The position numbers and the translations under genes were made by a program. From contig CAWGHO010000003.1 of NCBI GenBank assembly GCA_963822445.1, positions 1,152,001 to 1,216,000 of the forward strand: 64,000 nt of DNA. The letters run 5' to 3'. This DNA is from an uncultured Acidobacteriota bacterium (GTDB taxonomy: Bacteria; Acidobacteriota; Thermoanaerobaculia; Gp7-AA8). This document shows positions 54,592 through 64,000 of this stretch, in pieces; position 1 is the first letter of the stretch, and each line of letters begins with the position of its first letter. Below the pieces are notes generated by a model. The model had not been told where the DNA came from. It saw nothing but the letters and a program-made list of their open reading frames with translations, and made no database searches.

Positions 54592-56190
54592 TCAGTAAGC
54601 GGCGTAGTAGTGATAGTCGAGTCCCGCGAGCACTTCGCGGATCGACCGGGACGTGAGAATGGCCATGACCACCGCGCCGGCGAGCAGGCCCAGAACCGCG
54701 TACGAATAGCTGATGGCCCGGCTGCAGATGAATCCGACGGCGATGTTGACCGCGAGCGCGATTCCGACCGCGCGCACGACCATCTCCACGCGCGACAGCG
54801 TCAGCAGCATGAGTGTGTTCTGCAGCGCGAACATGAAGATCACATACGCGATCGTCGCCAGCACGAACACGCGGGCGGTGGTCGGCGCACGGAGCGCCTC
54901 GTAGACCGGCAGCGACGGGATCTCGCGCAGCGTCAACGCCACCGCGACGGCCACGAACACCGCGACGACGGCCGCACCGCCGAGGATGAAGCCGCGGCGG
55001 CGGTGCTCATCGATCGACTTCGCCGTGAAGCGCTCGGTCTCGATGCTCTTCACCCGTTTCTCGTTCGGAACGAGCGTCTCCGAGAACCTGCGCGTCGCAT
55101 GCTCGACCACGCCGCTGAGCAGCATGACCACGATCAGCGCCAGGTCCATCCCCAGCTCGTACCGCACGTTCAGCCAGAAACCGTACGGCGGAAAGTCCTC
55201 GCGGCCCGTTCCCGACGTCCAGGCGATTACCCGATCGGCGAAGAGGAAGCTGTTGTAGAGCAGACCGTAAAGAAAGAACCGCGACGTGCTGTACACGAGC
55301 ACAGTCAGCCGCGGCGGATTGACAGCGCCCTGGCCCGTGCCGCCCCGTGCCATGGCGTTGAGGTGATGCAGCGCGAGCGCGAAGCTGAGTACGTCCGCGA
55401 CGAGAAGTCCGATCGCATTCGCGAGGATCGGCGGCGCTCCGAATCCTTTCGCCGCGATCAGTACCATCGCCAGCGCAATCGCCGTCGTCAGAAAGAAAAG
55501 CCAGGTCTTGCGCACGAGGTAGATCAGCGCCCAGTTCAGCCAGAGAATCGCCAGCGCCACGTAATAACCGGCGGCGGTGAGCACGATCGACCAGGGCAGC
55601 AATCCGAAAATCGCATTGATCGCCAGTGCTGGAATCAGCAATGCCAGCACGATCCGCAGCGCGATGGACCACGCCCGCAGCGCGGTCCATCGCGCCAGCC
55701 ACTCTTCCTGCTGATACACGTAGAACAGGCCGCGGCGGACGATGGCCTGCATGAAGCCGCCCGTTACCACGTAACTGGCGATGAAGCCGAGGGCGATGGC
55801 GGTGCCGATGCGCAGATCCATTTCGATCGCGCCCCACACGCCGTAACCCCAGACGACCATGGTCACGGCCTGCAACGCCATCGGCAGCGAGAAACTGAGG
55901 CCGATGATGTAGTTCCGGAGAAACCGTCCCAGCGCCGAAACACGGGGCTGGGGATCCTCGGGCTCCGCTTCGAATCGCAACCGATCCTCGAGAAACCACG
56001 AGTAGATGCGCCGCGCCAGATCGAACAGATCGCGCGCGTCGTAATCGGCGCGCGCATCGGAATCGCGCAAGCCCATGACCTCGAGCTGCGCCGCGATCTC
56101 CCACTCGTCTTTCGGAATGCCGATCAGATCGATGACCTGCTGGGCGAGGTCGTGGGCGGGCGTGGCGGCGGGTGCGGGATGGGCGGTCAT
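54592..56190 (-). CDS. PelG-like polysaccharide exporter (multi-TM)
   Basis: About 12 TM helices, FADR.IAW, YELGM; ATGA-coupled directly behind the pelF-like gene. Confidence 0.65.
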   Translation of the reverse strand: MTAHPAPAATPAHDLAQQVIDLIGIPKDEWEIAAQLEVMGLRDSDARADYDARDLFDLARRIYSWFLEDRLRFEAEPEDPQPRVSALGRFLRNYIIGLSFSLPMALQAVTMVVWGYGVWGAIEMDLRIGTAIALGFIASYVVTGGFMQAIVRRGLFYVYQQEEWLARWTALRAWSIALRIVLALLIPALAINAIFGLLPWSIVLTAAGYYVALAILWLNWALIYLVRKTWLFFLTTAIALAMVLIAAKGFGAPPILANAIGLLVADVLSFALALHHLNAMARGGTGQGAVNPPRLTVLVYSTSRFFLYGLLYNSFLFADRVIAWTSGTGREDFPPYGFWLNVRYELGMDLALIVVMLLSGVVEHATRRFSETLVPNEKRVKSIETERFTAKSIDEHRRRGFILGGAAVVAVFVAVAVALTLREIPSLPVYEALRAPTTARVFVLATIAYVIFMFALQNTLMLLTLSRVEMVVRAVGIALAVNIAVGFICSRAISYSYAVLGLLAGAVVMAILTSRSIREVLAGLDYHYYAAY

Positions 56191-57665
56191 GCCGCCAGGT
56201 GCCTGTACAGATCGAGATATCGGCCGATGGAGTGATCGAGGCGGAATTCGTCGAGCACGCGGGCCCGCGCTTTTGCGCCGAGGCGGAGGCGGAGGTGGTG
56301 ATCGTCGAGGAGCTTTGCGACTTCCACGGCGAAGCGCTCGTCGTCGCGCGGCTTGACCAGAACGCCGCAGCCTTCGAGTGCCTCGCCGACGCCACCGACG
56401 TCGCTGGCGACGATCGCCTTTTCGCAAGCCATGGCCTCGATGACCGAATACGGAAACGCTTCGGAAATCGAGGTCAGCAGAACGACATCCGCATCGCGAT
56501 ACGCGCCGACGACATCCTCGGTCGCCGAGCCGATGGTCACGCGATCCTCGACGCCGAGGCGTTTGCGCAGGGTGAGGCAGCGGCGGTAGTAGGCCTCGTC
56601 CGCGACGGCGCCGTGAACCGTGAACTTCGCCTTCGGATGCGTGTCCTTCAGGCGTGCCGCGACGCGCAGCAGCGTCTCGATGTCCTTCAGCGGATCGATG
56701 CGCGCCGTCGCCACGACGTGATGCTCGCCGTGCAGTTTGGGAGTGGCGGTGAAATGCTCGGGATCGACGCCGTTGTAGATCACCCGGATCTTCTGCTGCG
56801 GTGTTCCATGCGCGACTTCCCAGCGGGTGTTGTAGTGGCAGACCGGCGCGACGACGTCGGCGAAGTGGTAGTTCGCGCGGACGATCGCGGTGATGAGATT
56901 CATCAGAAACTGCTTGCAGAAGAAGAGTCGGCGGAAGCGCGAGAGAAACAGGTATTGCTCGCGCAGATACACGCCATGTTCGGTGAGGATCATCGGCGTG
57001 CCGTGCCGCACTTTCGCGGTGATGCAGGGAATGCCGCAGAACGCCGCCGCTGTCGAATGAGTGACATCCGTCTTCGGCACGCGCACGTTGAGCACGATCA
57101 GGAAGTGGTAGAGCCAGCGCAGGCACTCGGTGAGATCGAACACGGACGGAAGCTGATGTTCGGGGCCGGGCCGAGTCGTCCGTTCGGACAACTCCCTGCT
57201 GCACTTTTCGACGCTGCTCTTGAACTCGTTCCAGACCGCGCGTGATTTGAAGGTCGCGTTGTAGTCATGAACGCGAAAGTAGTCTTCGAGCGCGACCAGC
57301 ACGTTGCCGAGGGTTGGCGAGTCGTCCGGTGCGGAGCAGACGACGGTGAGGAACTTGCGGAAGTGGGGGAGGAACTCGCGCTCGATCGCTTCGTCGGTCG
57401 TGCGGCGTTTGCGGTCGTAAAGCTGGGCGAAGGCGATCTCGGTCATGAACTCGGCCGGCTCTTCGATGCCCCACAGCGGGACGTTGAGAATCCGGCGCAC
57501 GTTGTCCGGCGGCTCGAACTTCTGCTCGATGTGCGGATTCATCATCAACGGCAGGAGGGTCCAGCGAACGTCGGGCGTGTTGCGCAGCAGGGCATCGCAC
57601 CAGGTGCTCACCCCGCCCGCGCTGTACGGATACGTCCCCTCGGTGGTCATGAGGATGGAGAGCAT
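56187..57665 (-). CDS. pelF: PelF-like GT4 glycosyltransferase (DUF3492 N-terminus)
   Basis: EGTYPY..GGVSTW, LTEHGVYLRE, ARIDPLKDIETL, SISEAFPYSVIEAMA. Confidence 0.85.
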   Translation of the reverse strand: MLSILMTTEGTYPYSAGGVSTWCDALLRNTPDVRWTLLPLMMNPHIEQKFEPPDNVRRILNVPLWGIEEPAEFMTEIAFAQLYDRKRRTTDEAIEREFLPHFRKFLTVVCSAPDDSPTLGNVLVALEDYFRVHDYNATFKSRAVWNEFKSSVEKCSRELSERTTRPGPEHQLPSVFDLTECLRWLYHFLIVLNVRVPKTDVTHSTAAAFCGIPCITAKVRHGTPMILTEHGVYLREQYLFLSRFRRLFFCKQFLMNLITAIVRANYHFADVVAPVCHYNTRWEVAHGTPQQKIRVIYNGVDPEHFTATPKLHGEHHVVATARIDPLKDIETLLRVAARLKDTHPKAKFTVHGAVADEAYYRRCLTLRKRLGVEDRVTIGSATEDVVGAYRDADVVLLTSISEAFPYSVIEAMACEKAIVASDVGGVGEALEGCGVLVKPRDDERFAVEVAKLLDDHHLRLRLGAKARARVLDEFRLDHSIGRYLDLYRHLAA

Positions 57666-58933
57666 CACTGCCCCCCGATCGGCGATGACACCCGTTGCTG
57701 CAGCGATCCCGACTGCGCGCCCCACTTGAGCCGCTGCTGCAGCTTCCAGCGATCGACACGAACGGAGAGGAGATCGCTTTCGCGCCGCGCGACGTGCGCC
57801 GCCGCATCGACGAGATCGGCTTGCGGACGCACGCCGGCCGTGACCAGCCGCGCCACCGATTCCTCGCGTCTCTTCGCCACGTTGACCGCTTCGGTGAGGA
57901 TCTCGATCCGCTTGTCGGCAGCCGCGACGGCGAGCCAGAGCAGGTCGAGACGATTGCGGGTCGCGGTCGCGGTGAGGTTCCGCACGCGCACCGCTTCATC
58001 CGCCTCGATCCGCGCCTCGGCCAGACGTCGCGCGGCGGCCGCATCGAGCAGCGGAAAGGACATGGACACGCGAAGGCCGTAGATGCCGAACGCGCCTTCC
58101 TCGACGTCCGAGCGGAACGTGCTCGGGACGGCGGCCATCCCGCCGAACGCGGAGAGCATGAACTGAGGTCGATGCAGCGCGACGGCATCCTGCAATGCGA
58201 GTCGCTTGCGTTGTTCCATCAGCGCCGCGCGCGCGACCGCGGCATCGGCCTCGACGATGCTGTCGATGCGGATCTCTTTGAGCATCGGCTCGTCGCGAAT
58301 TTCGAGCGCTGCGTGAAGCGCTTCCCCGGACGTGTCGCCGATCATCTGCTTGAGACGGGTCTCGGCTTCGAGGCGTCCGAGCTCGAGATCGACGAGCTGC
58401 GATTCGGTGGCGAGGGCCTGGTCTTCCCACTGGGCGGCGGTGAGGTTCGAGATCTGTCCCGTGTCGAGCATGATCTGCGCGCGATCGCGAAGAATCGCCG
58501 CGCGCCGCGCGCCTTCGGCCAGAAGCTGGATGCGCTGCTCGGCGATGTACAGATCGCCGAACGCTTCGAGCGTCTCGCGAAACACATCCTCGGCTTCATC
58601 GAGTGCGCGGCGACGGACGATCTGGGCGTCGGCGCGAATGCCAAGCCGCCGACGCTCCTCCGCACCGCGGCTGAAGAGCGGGTAATCGACATTGACGAGC
58701 GCCGTGAACGCGTCGATGCGGCCGACGTTCTGATTGAGAAGATTCAGATTTTCCGCGGTGCTGATTCCGGCTTCCGCGCGGATCACCGGCAGCGTGCGGA
58801 AGGGGAGGGCCTCGATGATCTGGGCGCGATCGTCGTACGTAGTCGCGGCCGCGCGCGTGCGCATGGCCCGCTCCAGTGCCGCGGGGAAGGTGAGAGTGGC
58901 AGCCAGCGTGACGATGGCGACGGCGTTCATCAC
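57665..58933 (-). CDS. TolC-family outer-membrane efflux protein
   Basis: Signal peptide; duplicated beta-hairpin plus long helices (V.YPLFS.G; MSFPLLD); coupled to the HlyD-type gene. Confidence 0.75.
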   Translation of the reverse strand: MMNAVAIVTLAATLTFPAALERAMRTRAAATTYDDRAQIIEALPFRTLPVIRAEAGISTAENLNLLNQNVGRIDAFTALVNVDYPLFSRGAEERRRLGIRADAQIVRRRALDEAEDVFRETLEAFGDLYIAEQRIQLLAEGARRAAILRDRAQIMLDTGQISNLTAAQWEDQALATESQLVDLELGRLEAETRLKQMIGDTSGEALHAALEIRDEPMLKEIRIDSIVEADAAVARAALMEQRKRLALQDAVALHRPQFMLSAFGGMAAVPSTFRSDVEEGAFGIYGLRVSMSFPLLDAAAARRLAEARIEADEAVRVRNLTATATRNRLDLLWLAVAAADKRIEILTEAVNVAKRREESVARLVTAGVRPQADLVDAAAHVARRESDLLSVRVDRWKLQQRLKWGAQSGSLQQRVSSPIGGQ

Positions 58934-59859
58934 TTCACCGTGATCACGGCCTGCTGCCCGACCTGCAGGACGCCGTCGGGATTCGGTAGATCGACCACGA
59001 GGACCGCGCCGCCCGCGCCAGGCACGACCCTCTTCACCGGAACCGTGAATTTGCGCGGCGGGACGGTGAAGACCTTGACCTCGACCGGGACGCCGGCGCG
59101 GACGTAACGCACGAGCTCCGGCGCGATCGCGCCGCGAACGTCGACGGTGGCGTTGTTCGCGATCTCGACGACCGGGTCGCGCGGGAAGATGCTGTCGCCG
59201 ACGCGGGCATGCACGCGGGTGATGACGCCGCCGATCGGCGCAACCACGCGCAGGAGCGACTTGCGTTCACTGACGACTGCCTCGTCCGCGCGCGCTTTGT
59301 CGAGCTCGAGTTGGAGAAGGCTGGTGTCGGTCTGCACGACTTTGATCGACGCCCGCTCTTTTTCGGCGAGGTAATCGCGAAGCGCGGCGGCGTACTCGTT
59401 CTCCGCGTTCTCGAGCTCTTCCTTCGAGACGTCGCGGGTCTTGAACAGCTCGCGGTAGCGCTCCCGTTTGGTCTCGCGATTCTTGAGGATCTCCGCGGAG
59501 GCGCGCTCGCGGGCGCCGGAGTCGCCGAGGATCAGGGAGGTGGCGATCGGTCTGCGGGCGTCGCGGAGGCGCTGTTCGGCGACCGCGATCTGCGCGCGAA
59601 CGTGAGCGAGATCACGTTCGATGGAGGCGTTATTCAGCGTGGCCAGGAGCTGTCCGGGCTGCACGGTGGCCCCTTCGGCGACGTCGACCGTGGCCACGCG
59701 GCCGTCGACGGGGGCGATGGCGGTCGCGGTCTGCGCGCTCGCAACCTGCGCGCGGATCTCGACTTTCGGGACGTCCGCCGCCGCGACGTCGTCTTCCTTG
59801 TCGCAGCGCACGACGAGCAGCGACGCGGCAATGCAAGCCAGCATGAGGGTCGCGCGCAA
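58930..59859 (-). CDS. HlyD/periplasmic adaptor (membrane fusion) protein
   Basis: SD GGAGG plus TTG start; APVDGRV..V.VAEGATV..GQ and APIGGVI lipoyl half-motifs around a coiled coil. Confidence 0.88.
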   Translation of the reverse strand: MRATLMLACIAASLLVVRCDKEDDVAAADVPKVEIRAQVASAQTATAIAPVDGRVATVDVAEGATVQPGQLLATLNNASIERDLAHVRAQIAVAEQRLRDARRPIATSLILGDSGARERASAEILKNRETKRERYRELFKTRDVSKEELENAENEYAAALRDYLAEKERASIKVVQTDTSLLQLELDKARADEAVVSERKSLLRVVAPIGGVITRVHARVGDSIFPRDPVVEIANNATVDVRGAIAPELVRYVRAGVPVEVKVFTVPPRKFTVPVKRVVPGAGGAVLVVDLPNPDGVLQVGQQAVITVK

Positions 59860-59935
59860 TTGTGTGTTGACCTCCGGAACCCACCGGCGAAGTTCTTGCA
59901 GACTCTGCTGCAAAAAGCGTGTCATACGCCTGTTC

Positions 59936-61219
59936 ATGAAACGTCTGCCTTTTGCAGTAGCCATGGTCGTGTTGGTGCTCGGGTTGATCGCCGGTGCTGC
60001 CGCGGCATGGACGATTGTCCACCAGGCGCGGCGAACCGCGGCAGAAGAAGTTGCAGCGGCCGTGGCGATCGCCAAATCGAATCCAGCCGCCGTCGCCTCA
60101 CTCGAGTCACTTCCCGCCGTGCAATCGGTGCGCGTTCATGACGCCGCCGGAAAGCTCATCGCCGAGTTCCAGCGCCCTGCCGCACGTTACGGTCTCGCCG
60201 AGCGTCTCGCGCCGGCCGAGGTCGTATGCGATTCGGGAACGGACGGCTCGGTCTGCGTCGAGTCGTCGCCCGGCGCGATCGTGGGAGCGGTGCGAACCGC
60301 GTCGCTCCTCGCCGCGATCGTGCCGCTGGTCGCAGGTCTGGCGGGCTTCATCGCCGGCCGTGCGCTGGCCGCATCGGCCGACGCGCGCCTCCGCCGCATG
60401 AGCGACGTCATCGACAAGGCCTCGCGCGAGCGTGACTGGTCGCAGCGGCTCGAGCCCGCCGCGGGAGAGCTGGGAAGGCTGATTACCTCCATCAACGAGC
60501 TCCTCGCGCAGATCCAGGAACGCGAGATTGCGGTCCGTCGCCGGACGCTGGAGGTCGAGGCAGTCAACAAGGATCTCGAATCGTTCGCCTACTCCGTGTC
60601 GCACGATCTGCGCTCGCCCCTCGGATCGATCGATGGCTTCACCCAGGCGCTCGAACTGGATTACGGCGATAAGTTCGACGACACAGCCCGCGAGTACCTC
60701 GGCTGGATCCACGAAGCCATCCGCCAGATGCGCGATCTCATCGACGGCCTGCTGCAGATGTCGCGGCTCGCCAAATATGAAGTGCAGCGGGAGACGGTCG
60801 ACCTCAGCTCGATCGCGCAAAGCGTTGCTGATTCACTGAAGCAGAACCAGCCCGACCGGGCGGTGAAGTTCGAGATTCGCGATGGCGTGAGCGCGGTCGG
60901 TGACGAGCGTCTCCTTCGCGCGGTGCTGGAGAACCTCATCGGAAACGCCTGGAAGTTCACACGGAACAAAACGGACGCGCGCATCGAGTTCGGCGCGGCC
61001 GGCGACGCGTTTTACATCCGCGACAACGGCGCGGGCTTCGATCCGGCACATGCCGCGAAGATGTTCCGCCCGTTCCAGCGGCTGCATTCCGCGCGCGAAT
61101 TCGAAGGAACCGGGATCGGTCTGGCGACGGTGCAGAAGATCGTCGAACGGCATGGCGGACGGGCCTGGGCGGAGGGTGAAGTGGAAAAAGGCGCCACGAT
61201 TTACTTCACGACAGGATGA
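59936..61219 (+). CDS. Membrane sensor histidine kinase (2 TM, HAMP, HisKA, HATPase)
   Basis: FAYSVSHDLRSPL, NAWKFT, DNGAGF, GTGIGL. Confidence 0.95.
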   Translation: MKRLPFAVAMVVLVLGLIAGAAAAWTIVHQARRTAAEEVAAAVAIAKSNPAAVASLESLPAVQSVRVHDAAGKLIAEFQRPAARYGLAERLAPAEVVCDSGTDGSVCVESSPGAIVGAVRTASLLAAIVPLVAGLAGFIAGRALAASADARLRRMSDVIDKASRERDWSQRLEPAAGELGRLITSINELLAQIQEREIAVRRRTLEVEAVNKDLESFAYSVSHDLRSPLGSIDGFTQALELDYGDKFDDTAREYLGWIHEAIRQMRDLIDGLLQMSRLAKYEVQRETVDLSSIAQSVADSLKQNQPDRAVKFEIRDGVSAVGDERLLRAVLENLIGNAWKFTRNKTDARIEFGAAGDAFYIRDNGAGFDPAHAAKMFRPFQRLHSAREFEGTGIGLATVQKIVERHGGRAWAEGEVEKGATIYFTTG

Positions 61220-62742
61220 AGAAGCCGCTGCGACTGCTCCTCGTCGAGGATTCCGATCTCGACGCCGCGCACCTGCTTCTGGAGCTGCGCCGTGGCGGCT
61301 TCGAGCTGGAGATAACGCGCGTCGAGACCGCCGAGGATTTCGAGCGCGAGATGCGGTCGGGCACGCCGTGGGACCTCATCATCAGCGACTACCACCTGCC
61401 GCGATTCAGCGCGCCGCAGGCTCTCGAGATCTACCGCTGGTCCGGCCTGGACGTGCCGTTCATCGTCGTGTCGGGCGCGGTGGGCGAGGAAACGGCGGTG
61501 GAGCTGATGCGCTCCGGCGCGCACGACTATCTGCTCAAGCATCGCCTGACGCGTCTCGCGGCCGCGGTCGAGCAGCACGTGCAGCAGGCTCACGAGCGCG
61601 CGAGAGGACGGCAGGCCGAGGATCTCTTTCAGTCGGTGCTGCGCGCGTCTCCGATGCCGAGCCTGATCGTCGATCGCGCGACCGCGTTCGTGGTCGACGG
61701 CAGTGACAGCTTCCGCCGCACGTTCATGGACGCCAATCGCGGGGCCGGGCGAGGTCTGTTCGACCTGGTCGACTTTTCCCACCCCGAGCGCGTCGAGCAG
61801 TTGATCGCCCGCGGATCGGGGACGGCCTGGTATGCCGTGTATTACGTCGGCGGCGTCGCCCGCATGGCCAATCTGCGCTGCTACTCGGTCGAGCATTCCG
61901 GCGCGACGTACGCCTATCTGATTCTCGAAGACGTCACCGAGCAGCATTACCTGAAGGCAGCGTTCGACGCCGTGCCGGAACCGCTGCTGATCATCAGCTC
62001 GCAGCAGAAACTGCTCTACGGAAACCGCGCGGCCGAGGAGCTGTTCGGGAATCTCTACTTCGGGATGGAGGTCGCGCCGCTGCTGCGCGACGAGACGCTC
62101 GCCGATTTATGGTGGAGCAACCTGGAGCGCCATCAGGTGCAGCGCGTGCGCATGGCCAATCGCCCGTACGAGGCCAAGGCCGTGCCGTTCCGCTTTGCCG
62201 GGGAGTCGCAGACTTCGACGATCCTCACGTTCGAAGACGTTGCCGACGAAGAGGAGCTGCGCCGCCAGGCGACGCACGACGCGCTCACGGGCATCTTCAA
62301 TCTCAGACATTTCGAGAGCGTGCTGGCGGAGCAGTTGCCCCAGGGGGGAACGCTCGCGCTGCTCGATCTCGACCATTTCAAGCCGATCAACGACGAGCTC
62401 GGACATGCCGCTGGGGACAAGGCCCTGTCGCTTTTCTCCGGAACGGTGCGCGCCCTTCTCCGTCCGGACGATGTCTTTGCGCGGATCGGCGGTGATGAGT
62501 TCGCGGTGTTCTTCCCCCGCACGTCGCTCGACGGGGCGGTCAGCCTCATCGACGCGATCTACGCGCGGCTGTTGCAGTCTCCGCTGCAGTTCGATGACGT
62601 GACGCGCCCGTTCAGCGCATCCACGGGCCTCGCTGTTGCGAAGAGGGACGACTCGCCGGAGACGCTGAAGCGCCGGGCCGATGAGGCGCTGTACGAGGCC
62701 AAGCGGCAGGGGAGAGGGAGATGGGTAGTCGCCGAATCGTGA
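61216..62742 (+). CDS. Response-regulator diguanylate cyclase (REC-PAS-PAS-GGDEF)
   Basis: LLVED, ISDYHLP; DALTG, DLDHFK.IND..GH..GD, RIGGDEF, ADEALYEAK. Confidence 0.95.
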   Translation: MKKPLRLLLVEDSDLDAAHLLLELRRGGFELEITRVETAEDFEREMRSGTPWDLIISDYHLPRFSAPQALEIYRWSGLDVPFIVVSGAVGEETAVELMRSGAHDYLLKHRLTRLAAAVEQHVQQAHERARGRQAEDLFQSVLRASPMPSLIVDRATAFVVDGSDSFRRTFMDANRGAGRGLFDLVDFSHPERVEQLIARGSGTAWYAVYYVGGVARMANLRCYSVEHSGATYAYLILEDVTEQHYLKAAFDAVPEPLLIISSQQKLLYGNRAAEELFGNLYFGMEVAPLLRDETLADLWWSNLERHQVQRVRMANRPYEAKAVPFRFAGESQTSTILTFEDVADEEELRRQATHDALTGIFNLRHFESVLAEQLPQGGTLALLDLDHFKPINDELGHAAGDKALSLFSGTVRALLRPDDVFARIGGDEFAVFFPRTSLDGAVSLIDAIYARLLQSPLQFDDVTRPFSASTGLAVAKRDDSPETLKRRADEALYEAKRQGRGRWVVAES

Positions 62743-62782
62743 GAGGCCGTGCGGCGGAAAATGCCGGCGTCCTCGCCGCCGC

Positions 62783-63856
62783 CTACATCGCCGGCTGCTT
62801 GGCCACCTTCCGATAAAAAAAATCATCCTTCGCATCGTCCGGCGCTGAGCGGATGGTGCAGTTCAGGCAATCCACACCGGCGCGTGTGCGAATGAACTCT
62901 TCGCGCAAGGCGGCGAGCGGCGCTCCGTTCCAGATCGCGTCGAAGCTGTCGATCATCAGATTGCCGACCGGCGGCCGCGTCCAGGCCATGCAGGGATAGA
63001 CATCGCCGTTCGGGTGGATGGCGATGGTCGTCCAGGGCAGCTGGCAGATCATGGCCTGGCCCTGCTCGTCGAACAGATCGATGCGCGTCGGGCGTCCGCG
63101 GAGATAGCCCGCGTCTTCGATGCCCGTTCTCGCGACGAATGCGGCCAGCTGTTCGCGGCAGCGTTGCACTTTCGCCCAGAAGAGCGGGTCCTGCGTTTCC
63201 TGAATTACGGCGTCACTCATGCGCGACACCGTGCGAACCGCGATCTGCTCCGGCCGCACCTCTTCCATCAGCGCCAGGAACTCTTCGAAGTGATCGATGT
63301 TCGGCTCCGACAGGACGTGATTGATGCGCAGCGCTGGAATGGACGATCGCCGCATCGTTTGAAACAGGCGGACGTTGGCCATGACGTGGTCGAAACGCGA
63401 GCCGGTGCGCAGGCGCTCGAAGACTTCGCGCGTGCCGCCGTCGATGGAGAACGTGAACCGGTTGATGCCGGCGTCGAAGACTTTCTCCAGGATTCGAGGA
63501 TTGAGCAGCGTTCCGTTGGTGATGATGTCGCTGAACGGGACGCCCGCCTCGCGTACGCGCGCGAGCCGGTCCGGAAACTCGCGGGTCATGAACGGCTCGG
63601 TCATGATCGAAAGGCAGAGGTAATTCGTGTGTGGGAAAACGTCCTCGACGATCCGCTCGAAGAGCTCCACGGGCATGTCGTACTTGGCGATGCCGTCGAC
63701 GCGCGCATCGCTGAAGCCGCAGGTGCGGCAGCGGAGATTGCACTTGTTGTTCTGGTCCATGTAGACGCTGAGGAAGCGTCCGTTCGCCGCACTCGGACCG
63801 GTCCAGGAGAGCTTGTGCTTCAGGACGTCGTGATCGTCGAGGGGATGGGAAGTCAC
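62783..63856 (-). CDS. Radical SAM/SPASM-domain protein
   Basis: CNLRCRTC, TNGTLL, C..PW...G.VYPC...C..C. Confidence 0.9.
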   Translation of the reverse strand: MTSHPLDDHDVLKHKLSWTGPSAANGRFLSVYMDQNNKCNLRCRTCGFSDARVDGIAKYDMPVELFERIVEDVFPHTNYLCLSIMTEPFMTREFPDRLARVREAGVPFSDIITNGTLLNPRILEKVFDAGINRFTFSIDGGTREVFERLRTGSRFDHVMANVRLFQTMRRSSIPALRINHVLSEPNIDHFEEFLALMEEVRPEQIAVRTVSRMSDAVIQETQDPLFWAKVQRCREQLAAFVARTGIEDAGYLRGRPTRIDLFDEQGQAMICQLPWTTIAIHPNGDVYPCMAWTRPPVGNLMIDSFDAIWNGAPLAALREEFIRTRAGVDCLNCTIRSAPDDAKDDFFYRKVAKQPAM

Positions 63857-63887
63857 CGGAGAGGTACGCGGCTGCCAGCGACGCCGT

Positions 63888-64000
63888 TTATTGACTGAAG
63901 AACTGCCGCGCTTCTTCGAGCGTCATCGGCTGGGCGAACTGAAAGCCCTGCATCAGCGTCACCCCGATCGCGCGAAGCGTGTCCGCGTCGCTCGCATCGG
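63888..64000 (-). CDS. C-terminus of an EAL-domain (c-di-GMP phosphodiesterase) protein, truncated by the window edge
   Basis: Minus-strand translation DASDADTLRAIGVTLMQGFQFAQPMTLEEARQFFSQ* matches the EAL end motif L..G...QG.x.P. Confidence 0.75.
   Translation of the reverse strand, partial: DASDADTLRAIGVTLMQGFQFAQPMTLEEARQFFSQ

Noticed and set aside
59935-60075. HlyD start at 60075 or 59937 overlapping the histidine kinase start
   Set aside because: A GGAGG SD plus TTG at 59859 gives a normal N-terminal signal/anchor and avoids the overlap.

Overview
High-GC bacterial chromosomal window, densely coding, with about 50 genes plus tRNA-Arg(CCG). The gene repertoire suggests Acidobacteriota (Thermoanaerobaculia-like), but that is a guess. 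Contents: glycosyltransferase and radical-SAM envelope genes, dinB, many signalling proteins (Ser/Thr kinase-TPR, histidine kinases, receiver domains, GGDEF/EAL/PilZ, two class III cyclases), a vapBC-type toxin-antitoxin pair and a pel-like exopolysaccharide region. Best candidates for undescribed systems: (1) 31.6-42.8 kb, a secreted S8 protease with an inserted beta-propeller and a C-terminal tail carrying four identical IKLIWGG repeats. It is flanked by two stand-alone TPR proteins that are colinear paralogs of the TPR sensor domain of a neighbouring adenylate cyclase-STAND protein, next to an orphan peptide-binding lipoprotein; this is a putative protease-encoded peptide signal-to-cAMP circuit. 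(2) A duplicated module of a kinase-type TPR protein followed by a small DP-EP-like protein with a DPEIxN motif. (3) A low-GC LRR-Roc-COR-TM gene bracketed by integron-cassette-like core sites. Three single-base frameshifts suggest assembly indels or recent decay. All function calls come from motif recognition by eye; no searches were run.
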